Below are positions 13,588 to 27,475 of a DNA stretch of 64,000 nt, one piece after another. How positions within the stretch are numbered: the first letter of the stretch is position 1; each line of letters opens with the position of its first letter. A program made the position numbers and the translations under genes. The notes under the pieces are model-generated. The model was not told the DNA's origin. It saw only the letters and a list, made by a program, of their open reading frames with translations, and did no database searches. Origin of the DNA: Scyliorhinus canicula (Eukaryota); NCBI RefSeq assembly GCF_902713615.1, contig NW_024055461.1:62001-126000 (forward strand), read 5' to 3'.

Positions 13588-13890
13588 ACCTATACCATCT
13601 TCCAGATCATTTATGTATATCACAAACAACAGTGGTCCGAGCAGGGATCCCTGTGGAACGCCTTTCTCCATTTTGAGATACTCCCTGCCACCACTACTCT
13701 CTGTCCCCTGTTGCCCAGCCAGTTCTTATCCATCTAGCTAGTAGACTCTGCACCCCATACGACTTCACTTTTTTCATCAACATGCCATGGGAAACTTTAT
13801 CAAACGCCTTACTGAAGTCCATGTATATGACATCTGCAGCCCTTCCCTCATCAATGAACATTGTCAGTTCCTCAAATAATTCTATTGGCT

Positions 13891-14239
13891 TTAGAACATA
13901 GAACAGTGCAGCACAGAACAGGCCCTTCGGCCCTCAATGTTGTGCCGAGCCATGATCACCCTACTCAAACCCACGTATCCACCCTATACCCGTAACCCAA
14001 TAACCCCCCCCCCCCTTAACCTTACTTTATTAGGACACTACGGGCAATTTAGCATGGCCAATCCACCTAACCCGCACATCTTTGGACTGTGGGAGGAAAC
14101 CGGAGCACCCAGAGGAAACCCACGCACACAGGGGGAGGACGTGCAGACTCCACACAGACAGTGACCCAGCCGGGAATCGAACCTGGGACCCTGGAGCTGT
14201 GAAGCATTTATGCTAACCACCATGCTACCCTGCTGCCCC
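13891..14239 (-). mobile_element. tRNA-derived SINE (HE1-like)
   Basis: Same head and tail as 12831-13179; GGCTTT on both flanks. Confidence 0.9.
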
Positions 14240-17200
14240 CGGCTTTGTAAGACATGACCTTCCCTGCACAAAACCATGTCGCCTATCACTGATAAGTCTA
14301 TTTTCTTCTAAATGTGAATAGATCATATCCCTCAGTACCTTCTCCAACAGTTTTTCTACCACTGACGTCAAGCTCACAGGTCTATAATTCCCTAGATTAT
14401 CCCTGCTACCCTTCTTAAATAAAGGGATAACTAGCAATTCTCCAGTCGTCCGGGACCTCACCCGTGCTCAAGAATGCTGCAAAGGCATCTGTTAAGGCCC
14501 CAGCTATTTCGTCCCTCGCTTCCCTAAGTAACCTGGGATAGATCCCATCCGTTCCTGGGGACTTGCCACCTTAATGCCTTTTAGAATACCCAAAACATCC
14601 CCGTTCTTTATGACGACTTGACTTAAAGTATTTAAACATCCATCCCTAGCCTCAACATCCGTCTTGTCCCTCTCCTTGGTGAAAACCGATGCAAAGTACT
14701 CATTAAGAATCTCACCCATTTCCTCTGAGTCCACGCATAAATTCCCTCTTTTGTCTTTGAGTGGGCCAATCCTTTCTCTAGTTACCCTCTTGCTCCGTAT
14801 ATACAAATAAAAGGCTTTGGGATTTTCCTTAACCCTGTTAGCCAAAGATATTTCATGACCCCTTTTAGCCCTCTTTATAGCGCGTTTGAGATTTGTCCTA
14901 CTCTCCCGATATTCGTCCAAAGCTTCAGCAGTTTTGAGTCGCCTCGATCTTATGTATGCTTTCTTTTTCATCTTAGATAGTCTCACAATTCCACCCATCA
15001 TCCATGGTTCCCTAATCTTGCCATTTCTCTCCCTCATTTTCACAGGGACATGTCTGTCCTGCACTCTAATCAACCTTTCCTTAAAAACTCCCACATTTCA
15101 AATGTGGATTTAGCCGTAAACAGCTGCTCCCAGTGCACATTCCCTAGCTCCTGCCGAATTTTGTTATACTCGGCCTTTCCCCAATTTAGCACTCTTCCTT
15201 TAGGACCACTGTAGGCTTTGTCCATGAGTATTCTAAAACTTATGGAATTGTGATCGCTATTCCGAAAGTAATCACCAACTGAACCTTCAACCACCTGGCC
15301 GGGATCATTCCCCAAAACCAGGTCCAGTATGGCCCCTTCCCGCGTTGGACTATTTACATACTGCTCTAAAAAAAAACTCTCCTGGATGCTCCTTACAAAC
15401 TCTGCTCCATCTACGTCTCCAACACTACACGAGTCCCATTCAATGTTGGGGAAGTTAAAATCTCCCATCACAACCACCCCATTGCTCCTACATTTTTCTA
15501 TAATCTGTCTGCATAGTTGTACTTCTACATCATGCTAGCTTTTGGGAGGCCTGTAGTAAAGTCCCAGCAATGTTACTGCACCCTTCCTATTTCTTAGCAC
15601 CACCCATATTGCCTCACTACTCGAAACCTCTATCGTGCCCTCCTTCATCACAACTGTGATATCATCTCTGACTAGTAATGCAACTACTCCCCCCCTTCTA
15701 CCTCCCTCTCTATCCCTCCTGAAGCATCTATACACTTGGATATTCAGTTACCAGTCTTGCCCTTCCTTCAACCAAGTCTCAGTAATACCAATAACATCAT
15801 ATTCCCAGGTACTAATCCAAGCCCTAAATTCATCTGCCTTACCTGCTGCACATCTCGCATTAAAACAGATGCACCTCAGACCACCTGCCCCTTTATGTTC
15901 ATCATCTCTTCCCTGTCTACTCTTCCCTTTAGTCACATTGATTTTATTATCTAGTACCTTACTGGCTTTAGTTGCTGCCTCTTTATTGACCTCTAACTTC
16001 CTAATCTGGTTCCCACCCCCCTGCCACATTAGTTTAAACCTCCCCAACAGTGTTAACAAAAGCACCCCCGAGAATATTGGTTCAGGTCCTGCCCAGGTGT
16101 AGACCATCCGGTTTGTAATGGCCCCACCGCCCCCAGAACCAGTTCTAATGTCCCAAAAATCTGAACCCCTCCCTCCTGCACCATCTCTCAAGCCACGTAT
16201 TCATTCTGACTATTATTGAATTTCTACTCTGACTGTCTCGTGGCACTGGCAGCAATCCTGAGATTACTACCTATGAGATCCTACTTTTTAACTTATCTCC
16301 TAACTCCCTAAATTCTGATTGTACGACCTCATCCAGTTTTCTACCTATATCGTTGGTGCCTATATGCACCACGACAACTGGCTGTTCACCCTCCCCCTTC
16401 GGTATGTCCTGCAGCCGATCTGAGACATCCCTGACCCGTGCACCCGGGAGGCAACATACTATTCCGGAGTCTAATTTCGACCACAGAAACGCCTGTCCAC
16501 TCACGTTACGACGGAATCTCCTATGACTATAGCCCTGCCAGTCTTTTTCACGCCCTTCGGTGCAGCAGAGCCAGCCACGGTGCCATGAGCCTGGCTACTA
16601 CTGCCTTCCCCTGGTGAGTCATCTCCCCCAACAGTGTTCAAAATGCTTTACCTGGTTTGGCGAGAAATGACCGCAGCGGATACTTGCACTGCCTTCCTGC
16701 TCTTTCTCTGCCTTTTGGTCACCCATTCCTTGTCTCCCTCTCCAATCCTAATCTGCGGTGTGACCAACTCACTGAACGTGCTATCCACGACCTCCTCAGC
16801 ATTGCGGATGCTCCAAAGTGAGTCCATCCGCAGCTCCAGAACCGTCATGCGGTCTAACAGGCGCTCCTGCTGGACACACCCCACACATGAAGGAGTCAGG
16901 GGCATCGGCCGCATCCCTGGAACTCCCACATTGAGCATGAGAAGCATAACATGGGTCTGGGATCTCCTGCCATTTTTACACTTTACCTTAACTGATTACA
17001 AATATAATGTCAAATAATGAATTAGTGAAAGGAATAACGATTTTACTTACCAATCACAATACTCGCCAACACACGCAAAGTTAGATTTCTCCCAGCTACT
17101 GCTAATTGGAGCAATTTCCTTACCAGCCAATCAGGTCACTGCTTTGCTGTGATGTCACTCTTCAAGGTCAGATTTTAAAGTTTTTAAGAAGGTAAACTTA

Positions 17201-18119
17201 CCTTCCCAACAGGCTCCTGACCACTGCTCCCGCCGAGAATCTGAAAGCCGCTGCTCCTTATCACCAGTCTTTCTTTTTTGGTTAGAGGAGGAGGGCGGGT
17301 GGGAGACACTACACGTGTAGTGTCTCGGGTTCTGCCGAATATAGCTGCATGATAATATACTTAAGTTACATCATTCCAACAGATATTTATATTGTTCATG
17401 AAACAGTTCATTTATATCCAGATTATCCAAAATTTATACAATCTTAAAGGTGTGGAACGAATCTCACATCATCGTCTTTTATTGCCAATAACCCAGTCCC
17501 AACCAATCCAATCATCCAGAAGGGAAAACTGCTTCTAAACCATTCACACAGAGAGTGGTTCTGATCTGGTCTGCACGGCCTGGGACACTGGTGCAGGCAG
17601 ATGCTACAGTGGTTTCACAGGGAATGGTAGGAGTGACATAAATCAAATGTATCTCTCCAGGGAAAGGGCGCCCCAGTCGGATAGAATGATCTGCTCATCT
17701 ATAGAGAGGCTGAGGTCAAACGGAATAAATGTTCTCCTTCGGTACTTCACGCACTTATCAGGCTTTGGATGTCGTCTGGCTGTGAGATGATGTGGACCAA
17801 CACCTGCAGGTTCCCTGTAAGTTCCCCACCACCGCCAGTATTCTCACTGTCATCCTTTCTATTCACTGTGTCCATGTGTGAACTCAGCGTCCGCTTCAGC
17901 TGACTGGTTACTTCACAGCATCAACTTCATTGTAAGTTCCAATCTGCCTGATCCTGGGCGCTGCCTGTGCTTTTCATATTGAAAACATCTGTGTTGCACC
18001 CAATAATAACTGACGCACATTTCATAATTAGAGGGAGGTGTAGCTTTTTTGAGGTTGCATTGCAATTATTGTTAAAAGCGGCTCAGCCACGTGTTTGCTT
18101 TCTGGCCTCTCACTGGGGA

Positions 18120-18460
18120 AAGACATAGACATAGAACAGTACAGCCCCTTCGGCCCTCAATGTTGTGCCGAGCCATGATCACCCTACTCAAACCCACATA
18201 TTCACCCTATACCCGTAACCCAACAGCCCTCCCCCTTAACCTTACATTTATTAGGACACTACGGGCAATTTAGCATGGCCAATCCACCTAACCCGCACAT
18301 CTTTGGACTGTGGGAGGAAACCGGAGCACCCGGAGGAAACCCACGCACACAGGGGGAGGACGTGCAGACTCCACACAGACAGTGACCCAGCCGGGAATCG
18401 AACCTGGGACCTTGGAGCTGTGAAGCATTGATGCTAACCACCATGCTACCGTGAGGCCCC
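18120..18460 (-). mobile_element. tRNA-derived SINE (HE1-like)
   Basis: Near-identical to the copy at 13891. Confidence 0.9.
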
Positions 18461-18659
18461 CTTCCCAGTTCTATTCCAGATCTGCACAATAACTGACCTA
18501 TCACACTGTCAATTATTCACAACTTAAATAGTGGAATACTGCATGAAGGATATTTACTTTATCCAGTATCTGATTTTATAATTTAGGAACAAGTTTGTTT
18601 ACTCAGCAAATTTCTAAATCCGTGTTGTGTTTTGCACATGAAACCCAGTTCCCCATATC

Positions 18660-21600
18660 CCCAAGCACACTTCCTCACACTCTATCTCTCCCTTGCACTC
18701 TCTCCCTCTCTCACACTCTCTCCCTCTCTCATCCTCACTCTCTCACGCTATCCCTCTCTCACGCTCTCTCCCTCTCTCACACTCTCTCCATCTCAACAAT
18801 CCCTCCCTCTCTCACACTCTCCCCCTCTCCCATAGTGTCTCCCTCTCTCACACTCTTCCCCTCTCCCACAGTGTCTCCCTCTCTCACACTCTCTTCCACT
18901 CTCACACTCTCTCCCGCTCTCAGACTCTCTCCCTCTCTCACACTCACTCCCGGTCTAACACACTCTCCCTCTCCCACACTCTCTCCCTCTCCCACACTGT
19001 CTCCCTCTCCAACACTCTCTCCCTCTCTCACACTCTCCCTCTATCACACTCTCTCCCTCTCTCACACTCTTTCCCTCTCTCATCCTCACTCTCTCACGCT
19101 ATCCCTCTCTCACGCTCTCTCCCTCTCTCACACTCTCTCCATCTCAACAATCCCTCCCTCTCTCACACTCTCCCCCTCTCCCATAGTGTCTCCCTCTCTC
19201 ACACTCTCCCCCTCTCCCACAGTGTCTCCCTCTCTCACACTCTCTTCCACTCTCACACTCTCTCCCGCTCTCAGACTCTCTCCCTCTCTCACACTCACTC
19301 CCGGTCTAACACACTCTCCCTCTCCCACACTCTCTCCCTCTCCCACACTGTCTCCCTCTCCCACACTGTCTCCCTCTCCAACACTCTCTCCCTCTCTCAC
19401 ACTCTCCCTCTATCACACTCTCTCCCTCTCTCACACTCTCTCCCTCTCCCACACTGTCTCCCTCTCCAACACTCTCTCCCTCTCTCACACTCTCCCTCTC
19501 CCACACTCTCTCCCTCTCTCACACTCTCTCCCTCTCCCACACTCTCTCCCTCTCCAACACTCTCACCCTCTCTCACATTCTCCATCTCTCACACTCTCTC
19601 CCTCTCTCACACTCTCTCCCTCTCCCACACTCTCTCCCTCTCCAACACTCTCTCCCTCTCTCACACTCTCCCTCTCTCACACTCTCCCTCTCTCACACTC
19701 TCTCCCTCTCTCACACTCTCTCCATCTCTCACACTCTCTCCCTCTCCCACACTCTCTCCCTCTCTCACACTCTCTCCCTCTCCCACACTCTCTCCCTCTC
19801 TCACACTCTCCCTCTCTCACACCCTCTCCCTTTCTCACACTCTCCCTCTCTCACACTCTCTCCCTCTCTCACACTCTCTCCATCTCTCACACTCTCCCTC
19901 TCTCACACTCTCTCCCTCTCCCACACTCTCTCCCTCTCTCACACTCTCCCTCTCCCACACTCTCTCCCTCTCTCACACTCTCTCTCTCTCCCACACTCTC
20001 TCCCTCTCCAACACGCTCTCCCTCTCTCACACTCTCCCTCTCTCACACTCTCTCCCTCTATCACACTCCCTCTCTCACACTCTCTCCATCTCTCACACTC
20101 TCTCCCTCTCTCACACTCTCTCCATCTCTCACACTCTCTCCATCTCTCAGACTCTCTCCATCTCTCCTCTCTCCCTCTCCCACACTCCCTCCCTCTCACA
20201 CTCTCCCCTCTCTCACACTCTCCCTCTCTCACACTCTCTCCCCTCTCTCACACTCTCTCCATCTCTCACACTCTCTCCCCCTCTCACATTCTCCCTCTCT
20301 CAATCTCTCCCTATCACACACTCTTCCCTCTCTCACACTCTCCCTCTCCCACACTCTCTCCCTCTCAAACTCTCTCCCTCTCCCACACTCTCTCCCTCTC
20401 CAACACGCTCTCCCTCTCTCACACTCTCCCTCTCTCACACTCTCTCCCTCTCTCACACTCTCCATCTCTCACACTCTCTCCCTCTCTCACACTCTCTCCA
20501 TCTCTCACACTCTCCCTCTCTCACACTCTCTCCATCTCTCACACTCTCTCCATCTCTCACACTCTCTCCATCTCTCACACTCTCTCCCTCTCCAACACTC
20601 TCTCCCTCTCTCACACTCTCTCCCTCTCTCACACTCTCTCCATCTCTCACACTCTCTCCCTCTCTCACACTCTCTCCATCTCTCACACTCTCTCCATCTC
20701 TCAGACTCTCTCCATCTCTCACACTCTCTCCCTCTCCAACACTCCCTCCCTCTCACACTCTCTCCCTCTCTCACACTCTCTCCATCTCTCACACTCTCTC
20801 CCTCTCTCACACTCTCCCTCTCTCACACTCTCTCCCTCTCCCACACTCTCTCCCTCTCTCACACTCTCCCTCTCCCACACTCTCTCCCTCTCTCACACTC
20901 TCTCCCTCTCCAACACGCTCTCCCTCTCTCACACTCTCCCTCTCTCACACTCTCTCCCTCTCTCACACTCTCCATCTCTCACACTCTCTCCCTCTCTCAC
21001 ACTCTCTCCATCTCTCACACTCTCTCCCTCTCGGACACTCTCTCCATCTCTCACACTCTCTCCATCTCTCACACTCTCTCCATCTCTCACACTCTCTCCC
21101 TCTCCAACACTCTCTCCCTCTCTCACACTCTCCCTCTCTCACACTCTCTCCCTCTCCCACACTCTCTCCATCTCTCACACTCTCTCCCTCTCTCACACTC
21201 TCTCCATCTCTCACACTCTCTCCCTCTCTCACACTCTCTCCCGCTCTCAGACTCTCTCCCGCTCTCAGACTTTCTCCCTCTCCCACACTCTCTCCATCTC
21301 TCACACCCTCTCCCTCTCTTACACTCTCCCCCTCTCCCACAGTGTCTCCCTCTCTCACACTCTCTCACACTCTGACACTCTCTCCCGCTCTCAGACTCTC
21401 TCCCACTCTCACACTCTCTCCCTGTCTCACACTCTCTCCCTCTCCCACACTGTCTCCCTCTCCCACACTCTCTCCCCCTCTCACACTCTCTCCTTCTCTC
21501 ACACTCTCTTCCTCTCCTACACTGTCTCCCTCTCCCACACTGTCTCCCTCTCTCACACTCTCCACCTCTCACACTCCCCCTCTCTCACAGTGTCTCACTC

Positions 21601-23290
21601 TCTCAGAATCTCTCACTCTCTCACCCTCCCTCTCTCACCCTCCCTCTCTCACACTCTCCCCCTCTCTCACACTCTCCCCCTCTCTCACCCTCCCTCTCTC
21701 ACACTCTCTCCCTCTCTCACACTCTCTACCTCTCTCACACACTGCCCCCCTCACACCCTCGCCCTCTCTCACACTGTCCCTCTCGCGCACTCTAACCCTC
21801 TCTCACACTCTCCCTCTCTCACACCCTCTCCTTCTCTCACACTCTGTCCCCTCTCACACACCCTCCCTCTCTCACACACCCTCTCTCTCTCACACTGTCC
21901 CTCTCTCACACTCTGTCCCTCTCTCACACTCTCCCCCTCTCTCTCCCTCCCTCTCTCACACTCTCTCCCTCTCTCACACTCTCTACTTCTCTCACACACT
22001 GTCCCCCTCTCACACCCTCGCCCTCTCTCACACTGTCCCTCTCGCGCACTCTAACCCTCTCTCACACTCTCCCTCTCTCACACCCTCTCCGTCTCTCACA
22101 CTCTGTCCCCTCTCACACACCCTCCCTCTCTCACACCCTCTCTCTCTCACACTCTGCCCCTCTCGCACACTCTAACCCTCTCTCGCACTCTCTTGGTCTC
22201 TCCCCTTTCGCTCTCTCTTGTACTCACTCCCTCTCTTGCACTCTCACCCTCTCTCACACTCTCCCCTCTCACACTCTCTCCCTCTGACACATTCTCTACC
22301 TCACTCACCCTCCCTCTCTCCCACTCTCTCCCTCTCTGCCTCTCTGTCTCCCTCTCAGACTCTCTCCTTCTCTTACACTATCTCCCGGTCTAACACACTC
22401 TCCCTGTCTCACTCACTCTCCCTTTCTCACACTCTCTCCCTCTCTCACACTCCCTCCATCTCTCACACTCCCTCCATCCCTCACACTCCCTCTCTCAAAT
22501 TACTGCCTCTCTCATACTTTCTTCTTCATTGATACTCACTCCCACTCTCCCATTCTCTGTGACACATTTCCTCTTGTCTCACACTTACCCCCCTCTCACA
22601 TTCTGTCCTCCTCTCACACTCTCCCCCTGCCTCTCTCTCCCTCCCTTCATGCCTCCCTCCCTCCCTCTCTCACACCTCCTTTATACACTTTCTCTCACAC
22701 TCAGTCCCTCTCTCACACTCTCCCCTCCATCTCTCTCTCTCTTTCTTCATGCCTCCCTTCCTCTCGCACATCTCCGTTAGACACTTTCACACTCTGTTCC
22801 TCTCTCACACTCTCTCCATCCCTATATCTCTATCCCTCCATGCCTCCCTCCATCTCACACAACTCCCTCACTGACACTTCCTCTCACTCTCTTTCCCTCT
22901 CTCACACTTACCCTCTCTCACACTTTCTCTCTCTCACACATTCTCTCGCACACTCTCCCCCTCATACTTTCTCTCACAATCTTTCCCTCTCCCACTCCCT
23001 CAGTCACTCAGTCGCTCTCTCCTTTCCTTATGTCTAAGATTATGTTGGTATTTTATCCACCATCCTTCTCACACACTCTGCCTCCATCATCCGCTCACCC
23101 ACTCGCTCTCCACTCTCTGCTTCCCATTCTCTCAGACAATCTACCTTCTTCTCTCGTTTTATCCTTTATTTCTCCCACCCACTTTCTCTACCATTCTATC
23201 TCCTCCCACCCTCTCTCTCACCCTTTCTTCTATCAGTACATCTCATAGACCAGTTCTCTCTTCCTCCACATCTCACCCCACCTCTCTCCC
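18660..23290. repeat. About 4.6 kb degenerate (CT)/(CA) low-complexity array
   Basis: CTCTCTCACACT-type units; internal 351-bp tandem duplication (CATCCTCACT at 18730 and 19081). Confidence 0.97.
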
Positions 23291-23590
23291 AGTTTAAGTC
23301 TGTGTATCAGATGGTCGGCCGGTATCAGTTAGAGACGGGGTATTAGTTTTCACAGCTGTATATGTTTTAATGCTGCTCTCTGAGGTGCTGAGTTTGAATG
23401 TGCTGCAGCCTTTGAGTTTTCTGAGGTTCCAATGATTCTAAGTATTTTCTTAGTTTGAGGGGCTGAATCAGATTTAGATATGGGATCACATATTTTGTGC
23501 TTTGAAAGTTCCAGATTTTGGAGACATTGAAATTTGCTACTTATGCTCAGACAGAACATACTGACATCAAATAAAGGAATGGTCTCAGAT

Positions 23591-24109
23591 AGAGGCAGCT
23601 ACACCCCAGAGTGCAGTGGAACCACCCAGATAAACACACTGACAATTGGAACTGAATCACTGAATGGTCACAGTTACAGAGGCAGCTACACCCCAGAGTG
23701 CAGTGGAACCACCCAGCGAAACACACTGACATTGGAACTGAATCACTGAATGGTCACAGTTACAGAGACAGCTACACCCCAGAGGGCAGTGGAACCAGCC
23801 AGAGAAACACACGGACAATTGGAACTGAATCACTGAATGGTCACAGTTACAGAGACAGCTAAACCCCAGAGTGCAGTGGAACCACCCAGAGAAACACACT
23901 GACAATTGGAACTGAATCACTGAATGGTCACAGTTACAGAGGCAGCTACACCCCAGAGGGCAGTGGACCCACCCAGAGAAACACACTGACAACTGGAACT
24001 GAATCACTGAATGGTCACAGTTACAGAGGCAGCTACACCCCAGAGTGCAGTGGAACCACCGAGAGAAACACACTGACAATTGGAACTGAATCACTGAATG
24101 GTCACAGTG
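23591..24109. repeat. 87-bp minisatellite, 6 copies
   Basis: GCTA(C/A)ACCCCAGA anchor at 23598, 23685, 23771, 23858, 23945, 24032. Confidence 0.95.
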
Positions 24110-24485
24110 GTGTGAGGGTTATCACTGTAACTATCTGAGATCTAGAGATGGGACTGATGGTGTCTGAGTGGACAGCATCCTTTCTGTTAATGTTAGCTGA
24201 ACAATGTGATCAACACAGTTCAGTGTTTGGAAAGTGGTCACTCACTCAAAAAATAATATTTTCTTTCACTGAACACAATATCGTAAGCTGTTTGTTCATA
24301 TATTTCGAATCATAACTTGAACGATTTCACAACCTCAATATCCCTGAGGTGGTTCCCCAGGGTATAAATTAAATGCTTTGGGAATATATAACCTCGGAGT
24401 TTGAAAATGAAATGAAATTAAAATCGCTTATTTCAGACACAGAGACTGACAACAGCACGAAAGGACACATCACTTCACACTGACA

Positions 24486-24552
24486 ATGCATCTTCCAATT
24501 CAAATGGTTGAGAAAATATTCTACCCAATCGTTGCTATCGTTGGTGTTTCTG
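24486..24552 (+). CDS. GPCR exon 1 (MHLPIQMVEKIFYPIVAIVGVS)
   Basis: First ATG after an in-frame TGA, hydrophobic TM1 start, phase-1 donor G|GTAAGT that joins exon 2 in frame. Confidence 0.8.
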
Positions 24553-24879
24553 GTAAGTGACTATCACCATTGAACTTGTGTTAATCTGTGTGTGAGCGGC
24601 TCTCTGATTTGAAACTCTGAGTGAAAATGTTTAATCCCGATCTCGTGCTCACTGTTATACAGACACCTGATCAACTACATAATTGTCAAATGTCTTTAAG
24701 CATGTCAATGGTTTGAATTCCTTCCATCAAATCACAATAAACCTCTGTTTGGTACTCACTGGATCTCTGACCGGTGAAGTTATTATATTGAGTTGGATCT
24801 TGTATAATGTTAAATAGGATCTCAGTGAAGGAAATTTATCTGATGGGAAGTTTAGGAAGAGAAAGAATTAAAGCGGACT

Positions 24880-25140
24880 GCGTGTGGGTAACTAACCAGA
24901 GTGGAATATCTGACAGCTGTGAGGAATGTTACTGGAAGTATCTGTTAGTGTAGAATTCTACTGAGTGTGGGTCTCTAACAAGAGTGGAATATCTGACAGC
25001 GGGAACAAGGATTACTGGAAGTATCTGTCAGTGTAGAATTGTACTGAGTGTGGGTCTCTCACCAGAGTGGAATATCTGATCTAATTATCTCTCTATTACT
25101 GGGACTATCTGTCCATGTGGAATTGTATTGTGTGTGGGTC
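24880..25140. repeat. 83-bp tandem repeat, about 3 copies, in the GPCR intron
   Basis: GAGTGGAATATCTGA at 24899, 24982, 25065. Confidence 0.85.
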
Positions 25141-25270
25141 AGTAACTGGACTGACATTAGTTGGATCTATTTTGAAATGATTTTATTGTATTTTATTGGT
25201 GAGTTGTCGCTCCATTCTGTGGAGTTCTCTCTGCGAGTTTTAACTTTGGAATAGGTTGAAAACAGGAGGA

Positions 25271-25465
25271 GTTTGAAAATGAAATGAAAATGAAAATCGC
25301 TTATTGTCACGAGTAGGCTTCAATGAAGTCACTGTGAAAAGCCCCTAGTCGCCATATTCCGACGCCTGTCCGGGAAGGCTGGTACGGGAATCGAACCGTG
25401 CTGCTTGGCCTGCTTGGTCTGCTTTAAAAGCCAGCGATTTAGCCCAGTGAGCTAAACCAGCCCCT
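25271..25465 (-). mobile_element. Second tRNA-derived SINE family
   Basis: GGGGCTGGTTTAGCTCA head, GTTCGATTCCCG B box, CATTT-repeat tail; homologous to 36797 and 57046. Confidence 0.8.
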
Positions 25466-26574
25466 AGTGAGCTAAACCATCCCGTTTGGCTGGGTTTTGA
25501 AGATATTTGATATTTATTGTATGAAGTGAAATGTCCCTATTTCTGTTTTCTACTGACCTATTCCAACAGGAACAAACATGACCCAAACTTCAATATTTCA
25601 TAAAACCCACAACAGTACAGTATTCCATTGGTTTTGTGATATTTTCTCATTTCTATTCATTCTGAAATGAACTCACATGTTTGATCAATTTTTATGGGTG
25701 TTTTTAAACTGTGTTTCTGCTTCACACGATTTGTGAATCTATTTACCTGAACCCAGAAACCCCTCCTGTCCATTCAAACACTTGTTTTCCAAGGAGTGAT
25801 TGGGGGACTTATTGTTCTGATCAAAATGCAGCAGCGGACACTGACTGTCGGGAAATTAATTTCCCATTGAAATACCCACTTTGCAAATTCATAATTACTG
25901 ATAATGTGTTCCTGTAATTAGTTGTATTCTTCCTCTGTATTCACTATCACTCTCAATTTGATTTTGTCTGTAAATTGTGTAATTATCTTTCTGCTTCCCG
26001 ATTCCATACTGATGATGGGAATGGTGAAGGAGAATGATCCCAGTGCTGATCCTTGTGGAACACCACCTCCCACCTCCCACCAATCAGCCTAAATCCCTTT
26101 GCCTCCTCTCCCTGTTTTGTGTGTGTGTCGCCAGCATGTGCCCATTCTGCTGCTGTGTCCCCTAACTCCACTGGCTCTGAGATTACTCATCAGTCTGTTA
26201 TGTTGGATCTTACTGACGGCCTTTAGAAACTCAAATTGTTTAACATCTATTATACTACTCAGATTTATTATTTCTGATAGTTATTACAATAATTGGATGA
26301 AATGTGTCAGGAATGATGTTGACTTTGGAATATGTGGCGACTATTTAGTAGACTCTGTGTTACTGGATTTCTTTCACTCAGGCTTCTAATTCCATTTTTC
26401 CTACTGTTGACATTGTGACTGGAAGATTTTATTATATTCTGTTCTAAATTCAAGAATAACAGAGACCGACTTCTGCTTTTCAATTCTTTGGCAATTATTC
26501 TGATGGTGATCAGTGAGTAGATAATATTGTCTCTGCTGTTTCTCACTGTCTATTTTATGAATATTTGTTGCTGA

Positions 26575-27135
26575 AATCCATCTGCCTCCAGTAATCTCCC
26601 TCTACCCGGACCCCACCCTCTGGCCTCCTATCAGCTCTTGATCTTTTCATTGAGATCTGTCAGTGCGACATCGACCGTCTCAATTTCTCTGTGCCTCTCA
26701 CCAACTCTATCCTGACTCACTCGAAACTTCTTCCAATCCTCTCTCTAATAGCCAACCCTGACCTAGTGACCTGAGCGACCCACAAGGGTGGTACCATTAT
26801 TGTCTGGTGTACTGACTTATTCCTCACAGAGACTGACCGTCAACTCTCAGGCCCATCCTGCTACCTCCTCCTGAACCAGCAGCACACCACCAAACATCAT
26901 GATATTGTTCCCAGGACACTCACTGACCTCTTTGGCTCTGGATATCCTCTGTCCACAGCCTCGGACATCATAGTCCCACAACCCCACACATCCTGCATCA
27001 ACCTCCCGCTTCTACCTCCTTCCCAAAATCCACAAACAGGAAAGTCCCAGTAGACACATTATTTCGGCCTGTTCCAGCCCAGCAAGATCATTTCTTTCTC
27101 TCTTAATCCCATCCGCTTTATCCTGTTCTCTCCCT
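26575..27135 (+). mobile_element. Degraded Penelope-like RT fragment (older subfamily)
   Basis: Remnants of xDKGG, YLLPKIHK and the following PxRxII motif in decayed frames. Confidence 0.65.
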
Positions 27136-27145
27136 TCCCAATGAC

Positions 27146-27475
27146 ATTGGTTGGCACAGTGACACAGTGGTTTGCACTGCTGCCTCACAGCACCAGGGTC
27201 CCTGAATCAATTCCTACCTTTGGTGACTGTGTAGAGACTGCAGTTCTCCCCGTGTCTGCGTGGGTTTCCTCCGGGTGCCCAGGTTTCCTCCCACAGTCCA
27301 AAGATATGCCGGTTTGGTGGATTGGCCATGATAAATTGTGTTTAGTTTCCAAACAATTTAGATGAAGTCACTGGGTTATGGGGATGGGATGGTCTTAACT
27401 GGTGTTTACTTTCCAAGGGCCGGTGCAGACTTGATGGGCTGAATGGCCTCTTTTTGCACTATACATTCTATATTT
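27146..27475 (+). mobile_element. Older SINE copy
   Basis: Diverged match to the HE1-like SINE body with CR1-like tail. Confidence 0.75.

Larger units (their letters stand above)
11512..17335 (-). mobile_element. Near-full-length CR1 with nested insertions
   Basis: 5' UTR about 17000-17330; ORF1 esterase-like pieces 16271-16947 (CCLPGARVRDVSDR, HIGTNDIG); ORF2 pieces 14225-16191 and 11586-12270; 3' tail at 11512. Confidence 0.92.

Noticed and set aside
18595-22175. 926-aa and 1160-aa ORFs
   Set aside because: Ser/Leu/His/Thr/Pro translations of the CT array; stop-free because of base composition
26099-26546. Short ORFs in the GPCR intron
   Set aside because: At best a faint old LINE remnant; too weak to call
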